Shown here one piece after another: positions 49,942-63,216 of a stretch of DNA of 64,000 nt; the stretch's first letter is position 1, and each line of letters begins with the position of its first letter. Origin of the DNA: Cenococcum geophilum. Its lineage: Eukaryota. The notes under the pieces were generated by a model. The model searched no databases and had not been told where the DNA came from. It saw nothing but the letters and a program-made list of their open reading frames with translations. A program made the translations under genes and the position numbers. Location of the stretch: assembly GCA_050273025.1 (NCBI GenBank), contig CP158635.1, forward strand, positions 25,296,001-25,360,000. Direction: 5' to 3'.

Positions 49942-52900
49942 GTGCGGATATATAAATATCTTTATCTTAGCTTATACGGATATTATTATCTTAGCTTATA
50001 TAGATATTATAATATTAATTAAGTATATCTATTAAATATAAGGCAAAGACTTAATTCCTATATATATAGTAGCAAAAAGGTAAGAGCTACTATTTTATTA
50101 TTATAAACTAGCAAAAATAGTTAACCTATAGCAATAGCTAACTTATATCTACCCATATTTAATATCTGGTAGCCTAGTATTGTATATAAGCGTAATAATA
50201 CTACGCCTTAGGAATGCAAGTTTATCCTTTATCTTACTTAGAGAATCTTTAAACTTATTAAACCGGCGATCTATAGCTTAAATATCTTTCGCTATATTAG
50301 TTACCTGTTTATAAACTATATTAATATATATAGAAACAGCAATTGCTAAATACACCCTAATAGGCCTAGTGCTAGCGGAAGCGGTAGCAGCAATAGTAGT
50401 ATCTAGCGTGCTAGTAATTAATAAAAGGGTTAGAGGAGCGGCGGTAGAGCAGGTGCCTCTACAGCTATGCGTACTACTATAAGTAAGAGTCTTAATAGGG
50501 GGAGGCGTAGTAGTATAGGCAGGGATGGTACAAGAATAAAGCTATGCGGATATTAGCAATATCCGTATTATTAATACGTGGATACTATACCTTCTTAGTA
50601 GGCGTTTTAGCTATATTATTAGCAGAAGCTAATTTCGTATATTTCCTACCCTAAGGCGTAACCGGCTCTAGATTTAGTAAACTTTCCTATCTACGTATTA
50701 GCTAATAGAATAATAGTATACTATTACCACGTACCTTTCCGCACGACCTGCTACCTATATAATATCTTAAGCATACACCCCTAAAATAAGGCCTAGAGTC
50801 CTTCTTATAAACGCGATATTTATAGCTATACTTCTTGTATAGGGTATATAGCGGATTACGCAGCTTACTAAAGCTACCCTTAATATTCTGGACGTGTGTT
50901 AATATCCGCTAGCGACTTTCCTTTATACTCTCCCAAATACTAGCTTTTAGAGTATACTATTTATTTGCTAACGGCACTTAGATAGGAAGGCGCTTATTTA
51001 TATTTATGGTACTATAGAGATTATAAGGGCTGCGGAGATTGCGAGGGCTGCGGAGTTTATAAGGGCTACGGAGATTACGTAAGCCAGCGTTATTAAGGTC
51101 TTTATCTTTATTGCTATCTAAAGATTTACTATCTAAAGGAACCTTATATATAGTGTTTGGGTCACTATAAGAGGTAAATTAGTAGGCAAGACGCTAAAAT
51201 AGTATAACTAATACATACGATTTAATAGTTATCTTAAGCTTTATATTTATATTAGCAGCCTTTTTAGCTCGCTTTCTAAGAAAAGAAGATAAATAACCCT
51301 TATTAAGCCTTTTTTTAGAAGTATTAGGCGGCGGCAGTAGGGAGGCGGATAGTAAAGTAGCGGATAGTAAAGTAGCCTATAGCAAAGATGCAGGCAGTAA
51401 AAAGGCATCTAGTGAAAAGGTAAGCGGGTTTTTAGCGGATTTCGCTCTATCCTTATTATTGTCGTCTACTAAACCCTATAAAGAGCGCTTTAGTATATAT
51501 TTACTAAAATTATATTAGCTATAGGCATAATTTAGTATTAGAAAGCTTACTCTTTAGGAATAGAATCTAAAGGCTTAGTAAGAGCAGCTATAGCGTGCTT
51601 AATAGCATTAAACTCCTTATTATTAACGTCGCGTATATTAAGTTCCTTAACCGCCTAGTTGCTATTATTCGTATTAATATCGTTTATAGATATAAATATA
51701 GGTATTATAGATAGTAGTATTCTAAAGGATAGTATATAAAACAACAATAATAAAGTTTGTGATGTGGTGTTATAAGGTAGAAGGTTAGTAGAGGAAGAAG
51801 AGGTATAGAGCTTAATTAAAGGTAAATATCCACGCTACCGATTTTATTAAATTAGCTCACTAATATATAATCGCTGCTATAGTAACTTACCTTAGTAATT
51901 ATTAACGGTGCGTAGATATAAATATCTTTATCTTAGCTTATATAGATATTATAATATTAATTAAGTATATCTATTAAATATAAGGCGGAGACTTAATTCC
52001 TATATATATAGTAGCAGAGAGGTAAGAGTTACTATTTTATTACTCTAAACCTATAATAATAGCTAACTAGTAGCAATAGCCAACCTATATCTACTTAAGT
52101 TCTATATCCGGTAACCTAGCGTTATATATAAGTATAGTAATACCACGCCTTATAAACGCAAGCTTATCCTTTATCTTACCTAGAGAACCTCTAAGCTTAC
52201 TTAACTAGTAGTCTATAGCCTGAATATCTTTTACTACCTTAGCTACCTATTTATAAACTATATTAACGCGCGCGGAAACAGCAATTACTAAATATACCCT
52301 AATATTTTCTATACTAGCAGGAGTAATAGTACTAGAAGCAATACTAGATATACTAGGAATTAGTAAAAGAGTAGAAGGAGCAGCGACAGAGCGGGTGCCT
52401 TTATGGCTGCGCATATCGCTACAAGTAGGAGTCTTAGGGGGAGGGGAGGTCTTTAGAGGGGGGATAGTATGGGTATAAAGCTATGCGGATATTAGTAATA
52501 TCCATATTATTAAAATGCGGATATTATATCTTCTTAGTAGGCGTTCTAGCTAGACTACTAGCAGAAGCTAATTACGTACGTTTTTTGCGCTAAGGTATAA
52601 CCGGCTCCGATCTTAGCAAACTATCCTATATATATGTTAGCTAATAGGATAGTAGTATACTATTAGCACGTACCTTTTCGCATAACCTGCCACTTAAGCA
52701 ATATCTTAAGCATACGCCTCTAAAATAAGGCCTAGAGTTCTGCTTATAAACGCGATATTTATAGTCTTGCTTAACGCATAGAGCGTATAGCAGATCGCGC
52801 AGCATACTAGAGTTACCCTTAATATTCTAGACGTGGGTATATATCCGCTAATAAGCTTCTTTTATATTTTCCCAAGTACCAGCTTTTAGGGTATACGATT

Positions 52901-53823
52901 TATTTGCTAACGGCACTTAAATAGGAAGGCGCTCGTTTATATTAATATCCGACGTTATAGCTTAGGCTATATAGAGATTATAAGGGCTATAGAGATTATA
53001 AGAGGATAGAGGAGAGCTTTTGGGAGAGTCGGCGTTATTAAGATTACTCTTTTTATTATTATCTAAAATCTCTAATATTTCTGTTAGGTTACTATAAGAG
53101 GTAAATTAATAGATAAGATACTAAAATAGTATAGCTAACATATATAATTCAAAGGCTATCTTATACCTAACATTTTACATAGTAACTCTATTAGCCTGCC
53201 TCTTAAGAAAAGCAGAAGCATAATAATAATTAAACTTTTTAGAGGTAGTAGGTGGAGAAATAAGTGGCTTAAAGGTAGGCAGCAAAGAGGTAGGCGGCAA
53301 AGAGGTAGGTAGTAAAGAGGTAGGTAGTAAAGAGGTAGGCAGTAAAGAGGTAAGCGGATTTCCAGCGGATTTTATAATAGTATTATTATAGTTCTCTACT
53401 ATATCCGACAAAGAGTGCTTTAGTACATATTTCCTAAAATTATATTAGCTATAGGTATAATTTAGTATTAGAAAGCTTACTCTTTAGGTAGAGATCCTAA
53501 AGGATTAGTAAAAGAAAGAGCGTCCTTAAAAGCGTCCTTAATTATTTTATCGTTAATATCGCGTATATTAAGTTCCTTAACTAAATAGCTATTAGATATA
53601 TTTAGAGGTATAAATAAAGGTATTATAGATAGTGGTATGCTAATAGATAGTAGATAAAATAATAACGGTAAAGTTTATAGTGCGGTACGGTACTATAAGG
53701 TAGAAGGTTGGTAGAAGAAGAGGTATAGAGGTTAATTAAAGGTAAATATCCGCGCTACTGATTTTATTAAATTAGCTCGCTAATAAATAATCGCCGCTAT
53801 AACTCACCTTAGTAAATATTAAC
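49942..53823 (-). repeat. Tandem duplication (~1.95 kb x2; second unit starts ~51908), each unit a RIPed spliced gene with a Cys-rich domain
   Basis: Unit-to-unit similarity throughout; de-RIPed reading approx. PCALCVKQDCECRVYKQNSGPYFGGACSRCRLSGRSC followed by a GTACGT donor. Confidence 0.75.
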
Positions 53824-53899
53824 TACCTTATATATACTTATTTATAACGCGCAAATCCTATATAGTTAAGTTACTACTAATTAAAGTAAGTGGGCGCCG

Positions 53900-56800
53900 T
53901 CTAGTTAACTTGCGAAGTAATATTAATATAGAATTACTACTTAGCTAAGGTACTGGAGAAGGATTATAAGCGGATATTAGGTTTACTTGGTAAGCGGATT
54001 TCTTACTTTTAAAGTGCGCAGATATGTCCTTTTATTTTCTCTTACTATAAGGCGGACCTAATAGCTACGTTATATCTAAAACCAAGGGTGGAGATTAAGT
54101 ACTAGGCTATAGGTTCTAAGCTGCGCTTAGCTTAGAGAGTAGAGATTAAATATTAGGCTATAAATTCTAAGCCGTACCTAATTTAGAAGGTGGGGATTAA
54201 GCATTAGTATACAAATTCTAAACTGCGCCTAGTTTAGAGGGCGGAGATTAAGCATTAGCCTATAAACCCTAGGCCTTAGAGTTTCCTAGGAGCGGAGATC
54301 TAGTATTATAACTTAAATCCTAAGCCTCAGGATTTTCTAGGAGTGGAGATCTAATACTATATTGCGAGTTCTAAATTTCTAGATTTCCTACTACCTAGGA
54401 ACTGGTGCTACGCTATAGATCTTAAACTTTGGGATTTTTCGTTATTAGAGATCTAGTGCTATATTACAAATATTAAACCTTAGGCTTATTTAAAAGTTAA
54501 GACTTAGTGTTGTACTATAAGCTCTAATACTTAGACTATTCTAAGGATTTAGATTTAATACTACGTTGTGGGCTTTAATATCTAGATTGCTCTAAAGGCT
54601 AAGACTTAATGCTCTGCTATAAGCTCTAATATCTAGATTATTCTAAGGGTTAAGATACGGAGCTGCCTTATAAGCTATAATACCTAGCCTACCCTAGAGA
54701 CTAGTTTCTAATACTATAGTATAGACTTAGGTATCTGGGAGCTATAGGGAGTTAATATCTATTATTATAGTATAGACCCTAATATCTAAGAGGCCGATAC
54801 TTAATACCGGACAATAATTAATGCTAATTATTGCCCTAGGGCTATTAATACCTAGCCTAACGTTAAATCTAAGAGCGGGCCTAGCTTTAAGATCCTAGAT
54901 ATCCGCCTTATATTAAAAACTAGACCTAATTATCCCGTTACTAGGACTAATATCTATTATAGGGTTTTAGTATACTTAGCCTAGAGGTATTCTACTAGCT
55001 AGAGTTTAGGCTAGCTAGCTGCGCGTTCCTACTAGATATAGACTAAGAAGGTAATAGTATCGGCAGCCCTATATGCGGATTTTCGGCGGATATTAATTAA
55101 GGTAGCTGGGCTACTTATATTTACAGACTTTAGGCTACCAATATTATACGCCTCTCCGCTACCCCAGACTGTAGTAATATCCGCTCTACGCTATCTTTTA
55201 ATTTGCTCGCTAACGCTAATAGTTAGCTCTCTACCTAATTTACCTTTTCTACCTCCGCTTAAATAAAGGTAATAAACTTATCTAGATTATTACTAAGCTA
55301 ATTATAATTATAATTAGGTAAGTTTCTCTTAAGCGCCTTATAGCTGGTTATATACTAGGCGCAGCTATAGAGAGCGGCAATTTGCTTATTAAATGTAACG
55401 TAGCTTAAGGTCGGATTCCAAATAGTATACTAATATTTCTTCTCCGCCCAGTTATAGAACTAGCTTTTTATACTTATAGTAAAGGCCTTTTATTATATCT
55501 TCCTTAGAATCCCCTCTATATACGGCTTATAGATATTAAACTCTTTAAAGGCCTGTAAAGTAGGATTATAGTTAGAGCAATAACCCTAGCCACTAACGGA
55601 CAGAGACTGTTCCTTGTAGTTCTCTAATATAATCTTTTATAAGCAGCCCTTTTCCTTATTCGCAAGAGTATAGATATAATAGAAGAGCTCTGCTCTTTTC
55701 TTAGCCTTAGTCTTTAGGCGCCACGCTAGCTTCTTTAGTAGGATATCTATAGGTAGAACTATAGATATTCCGCCTAGACTAAGCTCTCGCCCTATATTAG
55801 ATGCGGACGGATTAGAATCCGCATTGCTATATACGGATACTCTTAAAGATATATTACTAGCAAAATTAGCAGCCCTATCTTCTTACAATACCTCTTACAA
55901 TATCTCTCGCTTAATATAATATTTGCAGCTAAGTTAACTTAGCTAGGATTGGAAAGCTCTACCTATATAACCACGACCTTTGGCTAGCCTAGTAATATTC
56001 TTATGCGGACCTTTATACTAATCCTTAATTAGGAATATTACTATACCTATTTAACTACTACCATAAGCAGCGCGCCTAAATCGTTACTATATTATATTAA
56101 TTAACTTTATTTTAGGTATATAATACTATATAATATTAGGAATATTAGGAATATTAGCGCTATAGGCAAGCGTATTAGAGGAGACTAGAATATAGATTTT
56201 AGAGTTAGGCTTTCTAAACTCCTTATATAGTCTATCCTTATCTATAGTAGCTAATAATATATAATAAAGCTAAACTACTTTTCTAGCCTACGCTTCCTAG
56301 TACCTATAATATATTAACTATAAATAAATCGCGTCTCTATATTATAATATTATATCCTTTAAATTAAAGAAGATAATTATCTTTAGGATCTAGTAAGGAG
56401 TTGGCGTATATTTAACCCTCTAATAGGCAGATATAGCGGATATCTAACTAGATACCCTTCTAACTGGTATAGATAATAGATTCCCTTCTAGAGCTTCTTT
56501 ATATGCGCGGTCTATAATAAAGTATAAGCTCTTAAAGGACTTCTTACTCCCTTACTTAATATATTCTCTAATAATTAATAGATCTGGCCGGTTAATTAAG
56601 GTCCGTACTATATTAATATTATCTTAAAAGCCCGCCAACTCTTATATAATCTTAAACGTTATATTATTAAGCGTTGCAGTATAAGCAAACTAAGGCCTCC
56701 GCCCTAATAACAACCGCACTTTCTATAGCTATATATACGAACTCTAGAATAAACCCCCCTAATTAGCTATAAGGTGCACCTTATTAATTACTACTAAGCT

Positions 56801-57360
56801 AATGTACGCGCGGAAAGTAGGGTAGGTAAGAATCTTATAGAGCTTTTTCCTAGCTAACAGCTCTTGCGATATTAAAATATGGGTGTATACTCTAATACGG
56901 ATTTCCCCTAAAAGACGTTTAGATATTATCTCCTTATATATATAAACTGGCCTTATTCTAGGAAGCTCCTTAATCTTTACCTTCTACTCCGCACTAATTA
57001 TATTAAGTAGTAAGATAATAATTACTACTAAGGCCCGAAGAAGACATAGCATTACTTATATTATTATACTCTTACTAAATAAGGTTCTTGTAATAAGTAT
57101 TATATCTTTTTCCTTAAATAGCAACCACCTAAGGGCTTTAAGCTACTCTGTATGTCCGCGATATGGATATAAAAATGCAATAGCCTTATTAATCTTACTT
57201 AGCTGCTAGGCCTTACTCTTTCCGCGAAGCGCAAAAAGCTAATCTTAAAGGTCCTATAGCCGTCTCACCCGCTCTATTATATAACCTCTCTAAGTTTAAG
57301 TATCCGGCACCTAATGCGGTAGCGGCTATTCTAGTATCTTATTTAACCTTCTACCTCTCC
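53900..57360 (-). pseudogene. RecQ-like SF2 helicase pseudogene with a repetitive C-terminal part (~51-bp degenerate repeats, 54085-54700); boundaries approximate
   Basis: RIP-degenerate motif I (DIILITRTLFSKS), II (VVINKVH = DEVH), V (NIPNI) and VI (xRFRRAA = QRFGRAA). Confidence 0.8.
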
Positions 57361-58587
57361 TTCTAATAAGTTTTTGTGGCGGTATACTATGGGTTAACTT
57401 AAATATCCGTAACTTAGTAGTCGGCTTATAGTAGGGTTTGGAGTAAGATTATCTAGTATAACGCGGATGCTATATATCCACTTAGCTATAGTAGGTGTCT
57501 TAAGGTACCTATTATAGATCTATATAGGTTTTATATATATTAGCTAGCGTTTAATAAAATTATATAGAGTTCTATAATCCTTAATAACGCGTTTTTTTTT
57601 GTAAAAATAAGTATAAGACCTAAGAATACCTAAGTAATAAAAGTAATATAGCCTAAAAGCCTAGGTTCTGTTATATAATTAATAAACTTTAGGAAAGGAT
57701 ATAAAATACTAGTGTGGAGTTATTTTAATATCCGTAACCTCCGTAATATAGATATTGTTGGAGCGCGTAACAAACGTTGTAAAAGTGGCTTAGATGTAAT
57801 TCTAGTGGTTTCGCACAAATGTAGTTAGTAAGCTTGCGGACCGATTGAAAATCCGGACTAATAGAATTACGTCTAAGCCTACTGAGGTAAAAAGAAAACA
57901 AAGGAATCCTATGACGCCAGCTATGCGTACGGCGTAGCGCATGGAACAGTAGCCCCGTAATAATAAGCTAGATAGGCAAAGGCACTATTATAGTATAACT
58001 TTAAAATTATATACTGCCTAGAAAAGACAAATCCTGCTAACAGGTTATTAAGACGTTTAGATTATAAGGCTAGAAGAATCTAGGACAGTATAGGGGAAAT
58101 AATCCATATATTATAAAATTTGCTTAGAAAGAAAGAAGACTCTTTTCTTAAAACTACTAAATTTTATAATAGGGCAGAAGTCGCGGCAATATAGCTATAA
58201 AGTACTATAATAATAGAGCCGTAGGATATAGTTATAGACTAGGTTATAGACTAAGTAGACATTATAAAGTTGGCGTACCCTAGAATTAGCGAGAATTCTA
58301 TGGGATATACTAGGGGTATCGCGGCACCTTTAACTTAATAGCGCATTAGCTATAAGTTTCTAGATCTAAAGGTAATAGGCAAGATACCTATCTATAGTAT
58401 AGCACACTATATAACGATAGAAGAGTCTACTAGTACTAATAGTTTAAAACATCTTATACTACGCCTTATATCTATAATAGCGGTAGGCAAAATAGAAGCA
58501 AGCAATTTATATAAACCCTTTTTAGATCTTCTTCTTTAAGTATAATAGAGATACGCCTTTATTACTAGGAAGAGGTAGAAAGATATA

Positions 58588-58745
58588 TATAAAGGCTTAG
58601 TAGACAGAATAAGAATCTATTAGTAGCCAGTGAACTAGAATTCCAAGACAAGGACTAGAAGAATGTCGAGGAAAGGATATGTCTATATACATGGCGCCAA
58701 GGCTTAGCCGAGCCCCTAACTAGGGTCTATAATAGTGCTATAACA
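58588..58745. mobile_element. Short solo LTR
   Basis: Ends GTGCTATAACA; TSD ATATA on both sides. Confidence 0.65.
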
Positions 58746-59266
58746 ATATAGTAGAGACTAACTTAGCTAGAGTTACTAAGAAGCTATAGTAGCAAGACTA
58801 AAAGGGTCTATTATGCTTTAAGGGTACTATATATATCCTAAAGAACTAAGTAGTTTAAGATAAAATTCTAAAGGTCTTCTATAATAACCCTTTTAGGGGC
58901 CACTACAGTACTAATAGAACCCTTAAGGCCGTTTAAAGGAAATACTTTTAGGATAGAATATCTAAAGAGGTTAAAGACTCTATATTAAGATATAATATAT
59001 ACCAAAGGGTATAGATATTAAGGTATCGCCTATATAGTAAGTTATTAGTGCTTCCTATTTTATAGGGACTTATATTAGAATTAATAATAGATTTTATAAT
59101 AGGCTTACCCCTATTAAAACAAGAACTAGAGAGGTTATTAACGCTATCCTAGTAATTATTAACAGATATACAAAGATTTTAGGGTACTTTACTATTATAA
59201 CAATAATTACAGTAGTAGAACTAGTAGAACTATTTTTGGAATGGTAGCTCTTATTTAGCACGCTAA

Positions 59267-59686
59267 TATTATAGACGCTTTAAGTACGATGTTATAACTA
59301 CTAGGAGAGGAGTTAGAAGCAGCTAGTTGGTTAATAGAAGTACGGTCTAGGATAGAACCGGTTAAACTATATAACAAGGAATAGTAACCGAGGTTATATA
59401 ATATTATACGCGGTATATATAATATACGAAGGGAACGTACGTATAATATATATAATACGTACCTTACGTATAAGGAGGATTTCTTAGGAGTACGGTTGTG
59501 TATTTAAAGGACCTTAGTCCCTACCTTAGATAGTTCCTTCCTTATAGTGATTTTTAGAATATAATTAGAGTTAATCTATTAGGTAAATACTCTACTAAGT
59601 TTAGTTATTAATTTATTTAATATCTATATCTATATATCTAGCCTATTAATAAACCTACCGTAGTACTCCTATTAGGTTCCGTTATA
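59267..59686 (+). mobile_element. Solo LTR of the 887/1315 family
   Basis: Aligns with 887-1300; TSD GCTAA. Confidence 0.92.
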
Positions 59687-60899
59687 GCTAAGGGGAATTA
59701 TATCTGATAGAGGTACTGTATTTAACAGTGCATTTTAGTCTTTATTCTATTTCTTATTAAAAATATAGTAAAGAATAAGTACTACCTTTTACCCGCAAAT
59801 AGATAGGCTAATAGAGCGTCTAAATATATTATTAGAACACTACTTCCACTACTATATTAATTATTAATAAGATAATTAGACACTATAGTTAGCTCTAGCG
59901 CAATATATATATAATATAAGTATCTATAGTAGTATAAAAATAACCCCTTATAAAGCACTATTTAGGATAAAAGCAAATAACCCCTAGAATATTAAGAATA
60001 TTATTCCTAAAAGAAAGGTATTAGCGGCGCCTAAGAGAATTAAGTAAATAAGAATTCGTAGAGAAGAACTTAAAAAGCACTTACTAAACGCCTAGGCTAT
60101 TTAAAAAGAGTACTATAATAAAAAATATATACCTAAAGAATTTAAGATAGAAGATAAAGTCCTACTATCTATAAAAAATATCTGGATAAAATAAATTAAG
60201 AAGAAGCTAGACCACTAGTAGCTCGGACCCTTTAAGATAGTCGGAAAAATAAAAGGAATTTAAGCCTATAAATTGGAATTGCCGAAATTATATCTAATAT
60301 ATCCCATATTTTATATTTCCTTATTAAAGCTATACTAGAGAAGAGATAGTATAGAACTACCGCTACCTAGCAAAATTAATAGGGAATTGGAATGGAATAT
60401 AAAAGACATTTTAGACCAAAGATAATGTTAGAAGAAACGCGAATTTTTAGTTTATTAGGAAGGATACTCCTAGATATATAACAGCTAGGAACCTAAGAAG
60501 TACCTTTAGCCAAGATATAATACGGCAATTAAAACCTTCCTAAGAACTAAAAATATATATTTAGTAATAGTTCTAGATATACCACAGATAAAATAATAGG
60601 GAAAACCCTATAAATTAAAACTATAAGGTTAAGCACAGGTATTAAAAACGGGAATATTTTACTATTATAGTAGGAATACTAGAATCCTATAAAAGGAAGC
60701 CTATAAAAATCCATAGAAGAACTATTAGGGATACTGTCTAAAGAAGACGCTATTTAAAAATAAGCAGTAGCACTATAAGAAGAGGCCCTAGGGATTTAGA
60801 TAAGTCCCTTAGGGATAAAGGGAGAGTATCTAGTCTAGCACCAGAGATATATAGTAAAGGGATAGCCTATAAAGAATTAAAAATGTTAAGAAATTATAA

Positions 60900-61933
60900 T
60901 AATAATAATAATAATAATAATTTATTGCTTAACGTCTGATACGGTTCCTATACGGCCTACGCAGACTACTCCGTATATAGGGGAAACTTATAATTTATAA
61001 GAAGAAAACCCCTAATATATTGGGGGAGGAAAAACCCTATAAGCCACCTCAGTAGGATAAAAACCCCCGATTTGCCATGTCCGTCCGTAGCAGCGGCCCT
61101 GCGGGCCTACAGCTACGTCCTGTCCTCCTTGGATGTTCGAACTCCTTGGGAACCACTGCTTCCTCCTCTAGCTTATCCAAAGCTAGGGTTCACTACGTCC
61201 TAGCTAGGCCTTGCTAATCGATTGCTGTGTTTTGTCTTATTGTTTCCCATATTTTGACCATCCCCTGTGTGCTATCTCCTATTGACCATTGCTATATACG
61301 CCTTGCCTCCCCCCCCCTAAGGCCTATCGAAGGCGTAAGGGGGATTCATCCGTCTTAACTGCCCCGTAATACTGTAAAAAACAAGCGGGATGTGTATGTG
61401 TACTCTGGGTATCTTTTGCCTACGCCCCAGTCGCTAGGCCCTCTCTAAGGGTCACCACTCCGTTGAGAAGAGATAGGGAAAACCGTGGGTTGTTGTCCGG
61501 GCTGTTTCCAAGCAGTATTACAGCAGTAAAACGGCGAGTGACCGCATGCTCCGCGGGCGATCGCCCTGGGTGTTAAGAGGGGCCGTATATTTGTTCGTTC
61601 GTTCGTTCGCGTTCATTCGTTCGTTGATATGAGGTCGTCGATGCTTTCCGTTGGGGGTCGGGGGATGTTATCGAATACTGTGCATCCATGTTGGATCGTA
61701 CAGGTGCCTTGGATGGGAGAACAGCGTAGTGGCTGAATTGTAAAGGGCCAACAGTAGTGGTTTTCGAGATCTCACCATCTGAAAATTTTTCACCACCGCC
61801 CACAACGCTCGCAACCACCAACAGGTCCTATCCGCACGCTGTGCGACGTCTCTGCGTTGGCTGAGTCTGAACTTCGAAGACCCAGGTTCGTAGCCGTCAC
61901 CGCGTTCAGGTGCAGAGTCCGTTTTCGACGGCT
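60900..61933 (-). mobile_element. Non-autonomous non-LTR retroposon (1034 bp)
   Basis: 16-bp TSD TGTTAAGAAATTATAA (60884-60899, 61934-61949); (ATT)n tail; LINE-type 3' end shared with 540-660 and 3892-3986; no RT ORF. Confidence 0.9.
61850..61933 (-). ncRNA. Putative HDV-like self-cleaving ribozyme
   Basis: Manual fold: P1 AGCCGUC/GACGGCU, P2 CUCUGC/GCAGAG, P3 ACC/GGU, L3 UGAACGC, P4 CUGGGUCU/AGACUCAG, J4/2 CCAAC; P1 begins at the first base of the element. Confidence 0.75.
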
Positions 61934-62479
61934 TGTTAAGAAATTATAAAGCACCTATAGAAACACTACCCGTTTATTATATATAGAAATTATAGTAGTA
62001 TACTACTTTTATATAAACTATTACCAAAGCTTAGAATAAAGGCATCCCCAAAATATAAAGTTAATTCTTAGTACTAGAGCATCCTAAAGGCACCAAAGAG
62101 GCACTATATAAAGCTATTCTACAAGAAGAAGAAAAGAACAAGATAATAACTTAACCACCAGCAGTAGCAATAGGAGCCTCCTCCTCCATCTTAACGTTAT
62201 TATTAGCAGTATTATCAGCACCCCGATCCCCAGAAGCATTAGCACTTTCACTAACATTCTTCTTAGAGCGGCGGGAACTAGACAGGCTAGCACAGGCAAA
62301 AGACCGGCGAGGAGAACGTTTATCTTTACTACTAAATCAACAAATCAACAAATTAAATCGAGGGCCTATAATATGATTGATTTGCTACTTTGGAAAGGAC
62401 AATTTGGTTTAATTGATTTGCTTATAAAGCAATCAAATCAAATCAAATCAGCCTGTAGATTTGATTGTTGCTAGCTCTA

Positions 62480-63010
62480 GCTTTATATCACTGGAACGTT
62501 ATTAATAGAGATTATAAAGGACAAGCTAAAGAACTCTGGGGTTATATTCGACTCAACAGAAACGTCCTTTATTATTATATAGACAACTTTATCTTCCCTA
62601 TTCAAGCTAAATAATTTAGCGTCAAGTTACAGGCTTCTAGGTAGGATCTCCCCCTATTATTGAAATCGTAACTAAAAGAGGGGACCTCTCGTGCCAAGAC
62701 AACCGGTTTTAGCAGCACAAATGATAATAAGGTAATGGAGATCAGGACTTTAATAGACGCCAGTGCCTATATCCTCGAGATGGACAATCGGACCTTTGTT
62801 GGGGCATGGCTAGATATAGACACGCGAGCAAAAGGGGTTATCTATTTTGGTGCTGACAACAGAGCTTAAGTCTAGTATCGAGGAGGGAAAGAGGTAGTCT
62901 CCCTACTCGCCGCCCCTTTTGCTAAGAATCTTAACGAATGCCTCGTATATATTAATAAAGCCCATATACGTAGAATAGACTTGAAGTTGCCCTAGAAAGC
63001 TCGTAGAGTC
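62480..63010 (+). pseudogene. Fragment of a large DUF3638/DUF3645-family fungal gene, RIP-affected
   Basis: KLQASRxDLP, TTGFSSTNDN, LIDASAYILEMDN, CLVYINKAHIRRIDLKLP (family assignment from memory of the motifs). Confidence 0.65.
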
Positions 63011-63027
63011 TAGTAATCTAACTAGAC

Positions 63028-63139
63028 TAGAGCGCCTCTGGAGCTCCACGTTGGATCCTTTCTTATATTGGATTTAGAGCTATCGATTTTAAGGCTGGAT
63101 TAGAGTGGATCTAACTCGTTTAGAGCTCCTAGAGCTCTA
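63028..63139. mobile_element. Possible MITE
   Basis: Imperfect IR TAGAGC...GAGCTC / GAGCTC...GCTCTA; no clear TSD. Confidence 0.35.
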
Positions 63140-63216
63140 GTTCTATACCTAATTAGGAGGGAGGATAGGCTACTAAGGAGTTAGTACTTAGTGTTAAGGC
63201 TAAATAAAGCCAATTG

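Larger units (their letters stand above)
46858..57875. mobile_element. AcademH-like DNA transposon (~11 kb), RIP-inactivated
   Basis: Convergent DUF6589-type and RecQ-like genes; right end GAATTACGTCTA, partial left match GTAATTCCA; TSD not found. Confidence 0.7.
46518..57962. mobile_element. LTR-like insertion (46518-~46857 + 57876-57962) split by the AcademH-like element
   Basis: TGTTACG...CCGTAATA termini; TSD ATAAG (46513-46517, 57963-57967); the host RNase H frame resumes after it. Confidence 0.75.
57963..62330 (+). mobile_element. Gypsy 'A' 3' half (end of RNase H, integrase, chromodomain, long 3' region); also 46481-46517
   Basis: ARxAKALLxYNFKIIY...LLRRLDY continues the frame broken at 26733; IISDRG and FYPQIDRLIER integrase motifs; no 3' LTR found. 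Confidence 0.85.

Noticed and set aside
60897..60921. (AAT)n as telomeric or standalone microsatellite
   Set aside because: It is the retroposon 3' tail, adjacent to the TSD.
61573..61821. 82-aa ORF inside the retroposon
   Set aside because: GTG start, no domain, runs through a GAAC microsatellite.
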